Shown one piece after another: positions 62,501-64,000 of a DNA stretch of 64,000 nt. The notes beneath the pieces were generated by a model. It was given only the letters and a program-made list of their open reading frames with translations, did no database searches and was not told the origin of the DNA. Source of the DNA: Thecamonas trahens ATCC 50062 (taxonomy: Eukaryota; Protista; Apusomonadida); NCBI RefSeq assembly GCF_000142905.1, contig NW_013657647.1:124001-188000 (forward strand), written 5' to 3'. Made by a program: the position numbers and the translations under genes. How positions within the stretch are numbered: position 1 is the stretch's first letter; every line of letters starts with the position of its first letter.

Positions 62501-64000
62501 AAACGTTGGATCAACTGGCACATACGCACCGCCGGCCTTCCACACTGCGAGCATGCCGACAACAAGCTCCAGCGACCGCGGCAAGACCAGGCCGACGACC
62601 GAGCCCACAAACACGCCGCTTGCGCGTAGGATCCTCGCGATGCGATTGGCCCATGCGTTGAGCTCAGCGTACGTCATACTTGTGCCGCTGCCGTCGACCA
62701 CTGCCACCGCGTCAGGTGTCTCCGCCGCACGCGCCTCGACCAGCTCATGGACGCCGACTGCCGCACGCCTTTCGCCGCTGCCGTCACCATCGGCGTCGTC
62801 GCTCTCGTCATCCCCTGCGGCGACAAGGACGCAGGTCGGCGGAGATTCGTCAAACATGACGTCCTGGTGGGTTTCCGTCAGCAGCTGTGCCTCTTCATCA
62901 GCCGTGAGAACCGGCATGGCCGCCGCTTCGGCCGACGGCTCAGCCAGCGCAGCCTGAACAAGAGCAGCAAACCCGCCAGCGAGCGAGGAGATGGTCGCCT
63001 CGGCAAAGATCTCGGTGTTGTACTGGAAGAACGCGCGAATGCCGTCGTCAGCCTCGGAAACCACCAGCTGGATCTCATACGGCGCCGTGCGCTCCGCAAG
63101 CGGCACCGACTCCAGAGTCAGCGACGAGCCGAGACTCAGCGAGTGGCCGCCAACGCCCATGACAAACGCGTCCAGCTCCTTGGCAAGCTTGCCATGCGGC
63201 CGTTCAAAGACAAACAGTGCCTGGAAGACTGGCGATCGCGAGGTCTCGCGTTCCGGTGCCACCGACTCGAGCACAAGCGTGAACGGGTAGTCGGCGTGCG
63301 CAAGCGCACCGAGCGTTGCCACCCGCACTCGCCGCAGTACGTCTTCAAAGCTCTCGCCCCGCCGACACGTCGACCGCAATGCAACGGGATTGGCCAAGAA
63401 ACCAACTAGCCGCTCGAGCTCGATCCGCGACCGACACGCCATAAGTGTACCTACAACCACCTCGTCCTGCCCGGCCGCGCGATGCAGTAGCAGCGTGTAC
63501 AAGGCAAGGAGCGTCATGAACATCGTCGTGCCTTCGGCAGCATTCAGCTCCCGCAGCGCAGCCGTCGTCGCCCCGTCGAGCTCAAAGGCATAAGTTGCAC
63601 CGGCCGATGACAGCTTGGCAGGCCGTGGATGATCCTCAGGCAGCGTCAGCGCCGGAAGCCGGCCGGCCAGTTGCTGAGTCCAATAGGCCTCGAGCTGGTG
63701 GCCCTCAGCTGTGCTCAGCCGGGCAGCTTGCCATCGGTTGTAGGTGTGCAGCTGCAGCGCCTCGGCACGCTCCGCTGCAAGCCCGAGCGCCACAAATCCC
63801 GAGTCGGGACCGCTGTTCTCGGCCAAGTCGTACATGCGGCCGAGATCCTCCAGCAGTACCACCATCGACCACAGATCACAGCAGATGTGATGGGTAACAA
63901 AGGCTAGCCAGAAGTCCGCGCCGTCGTTGACCACCGTCATCGACGTCAGCGGCCCAGTTTCAAGCGCAATGCAGGCTTCAACGGCGTCGCGGAGAAGCTT
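59540..64000 (-). CDS. Non-ribosomal peptide synthetase, C-A-PCP-R(thioester reductase); 5' part lies outside the window
   Basis: C domain HHICCDLWS; A-domain motifs TYAELN, KAGGAYVPVDP, YTSGTSGTPKG, NMYGPTE, YATGD, GRIDAQVKIRGFRIELAEIE, NGKVD; PCP NFFELGGYSL; R domain VFLTGATGFVG and GYSQSKW. Confidence 0.97.
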   Translation of the reverse strand, partial: KLLRDAVEACIALETGPLTSMTVVNDGADFWLAFVTHHICCDLWSMVVLLEDLGRMYDLAENSGPDSGFVALGLAAERAEALQLHTYNRWQAARLSTAEGHQLEAYWTQQLAGRLPALTLPEDHPRPAKLSSAGATYAFELDGATTAALRELNAAEGTTMFMTLLALYTLLLHRAAGQDEVVVGTLMACRSRIELERLVGFLANPVALRSTCRRGESFEDVLRRVRVATLGALAHADYPFTLVLESVAPERETSRSPVFQALFVFERPHGKLAKELDAFVMGVGGHSLSLGSSLTLESVPLAERTAPYEIQLVVSEADDGIRAFFQYNTEIFAEATISSLAGGFAALVQAALAEPSAEAAAMPVLTADEEAQLLTETHQDVMFDESPPTCVLVAAGDDESDDADGDGSGERRAAVGVHELVEARAAETPDAVAVVDGSGTSMTYAELNAWANRIARILRASGVFVGSVVGLVLPRSLELVVGMLAVWKAGGAYVPVDPTFPDGRIAFMLENSAPVCVLYRGELPELSPPAPGTKRHVLSFDDDARLGRGGESLGVSSARLVRAPAGPSAVANVIYTSGTSGTPKGICVPHGCLLNMIGWWLRAYEMGPGDVSGHMLGVSFDPVFCEIWPALCCGAEVAIVPESSRLEPRALLQWWVDAQVTVQAMATPMTEAVLREPPPAGLALRVINTGGDKLKMVLPEAWQAMYGDQLALYNMYGPTETTVGCTVGRVHGDVRPPPIGKPIANTFAYVTDERGTLVRRGMRGQLLVGGAGVTRGYLGLPEKTASVFEDDRWWRSVAESLGLKVASGLYGDGRMYATGDVVRWRGDGSLACLGRIDAQVKIRGFRIELAEIEVVLREAPGVADAAVVAMACGAGSAAEKMLVAYVAPQRATQLLRQELYTHAAAKLAEYMVPRAIVVLSGPLPLTANGKVDVRALPAPTAEDAAGVGASGVDHTPPRTEVEAELAAAWAQVLGLASVGIHANFFELGGYSLLAAQLVGIIEARLGVRIGMREVFEAPTVSALANVVARATGVAEADESVVKIDLAGEVVLPSEICAPASGEVPRASGAGSFLAPPVVFLTGATGFVGSFLLAELLANTRAEVKCLVRASDEASGRARLDVGASKFGLPPPAATYGERVRVVVGELGPHMFGLTSDAFSVLARSVDVIIHNGAGVNFVYPYSALKGPNVIGTQEVLRLACFGAIGGDAATPVHFISTLSTLDTDARVISETDVFPRWERLVSGYSQSKWVGEQIVALARCERGVPASIYRLGRIAPHSQTGAGSHDDLLTRVLKGCVETKFVPSELETLVDFTPVDYASKAVVELALSGRGLGRDFHILNPSPMPLTRLWKLLRRAKYKLYPSSYDGWFRTLLEHARRSDDGVLLPVLLFFEESGDISGLAGELPPPELYPKFEVPNSKELISARCPPVSKQLVDAYVAAWVAEGFFPSPGAEERSALPAAPAPGGDGGHGKVKQKHKFRLGLGKQ

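Noticed and set aside
59540-64000. NRPS as Lys2 aminoadipate reductase or as bacterial contamination
   Set aside because: It has a full C domain with the HHxxxD motif and a bacterial-NRPS-like A domain, and it is contiguous, with no gap, with an intron-containing gene.
1-64000. tRNA, rRNA or transposase/retroelement genes
   Set aside because: None recognised by eye; a covariance-model search would be needed to exclude small ncRNAs.

Overview
GC-rich, gene-dense, intron-poor eukaryotic genomic DNA from a draft assembly with five N-gaps. The style resembles a heterotrophic protist such as the apusomonad Thecamonas; this is an inference, not an identification. About 22 protein-coding genes are present, mostly in tightly packed convergent pairs, with poly(C) tracts upstream of many starts. 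Conserved genes include a KA1-domain kinase tail, UBR7, NOB1, a NEK kinase, a BTB-BACK-discoidin protein, a sedolisin/TPP1, a DH-PH-SAM RhoGEF and a DENN-like+ARM protein. The most notable region is the right end (54.6-64 kb), where three genes sit side by side: a bacterial-type penicillin/AHL-acylase (Ntn hydrolase), a UDP-galactopyranose-mutase homologue carrying an N-terminal membrane/signal segment and a fused DUF3431-like domain, and a bacterial-type NRPS (C-A-PCP-reductase) that runs off the window. Together they are a candidate protist (glyco)lipopeptide biosynthetic cluster. Other oddities: a kinase/pseudo-cyclase/pseudokinase gene with a ~480-aa insert inside the cyclase domain, a TKL kinase with a C-terminal F-box, a plant XEG113-like GT77, a giant acidic repeat protein, four one-base frameshifts all in the same direction, and a degraded duplicate of 18.7-kb sequence at a gap edge that suggests mis-scaffolding. 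All domain calls come from motif recognition by eye; no searches were run.
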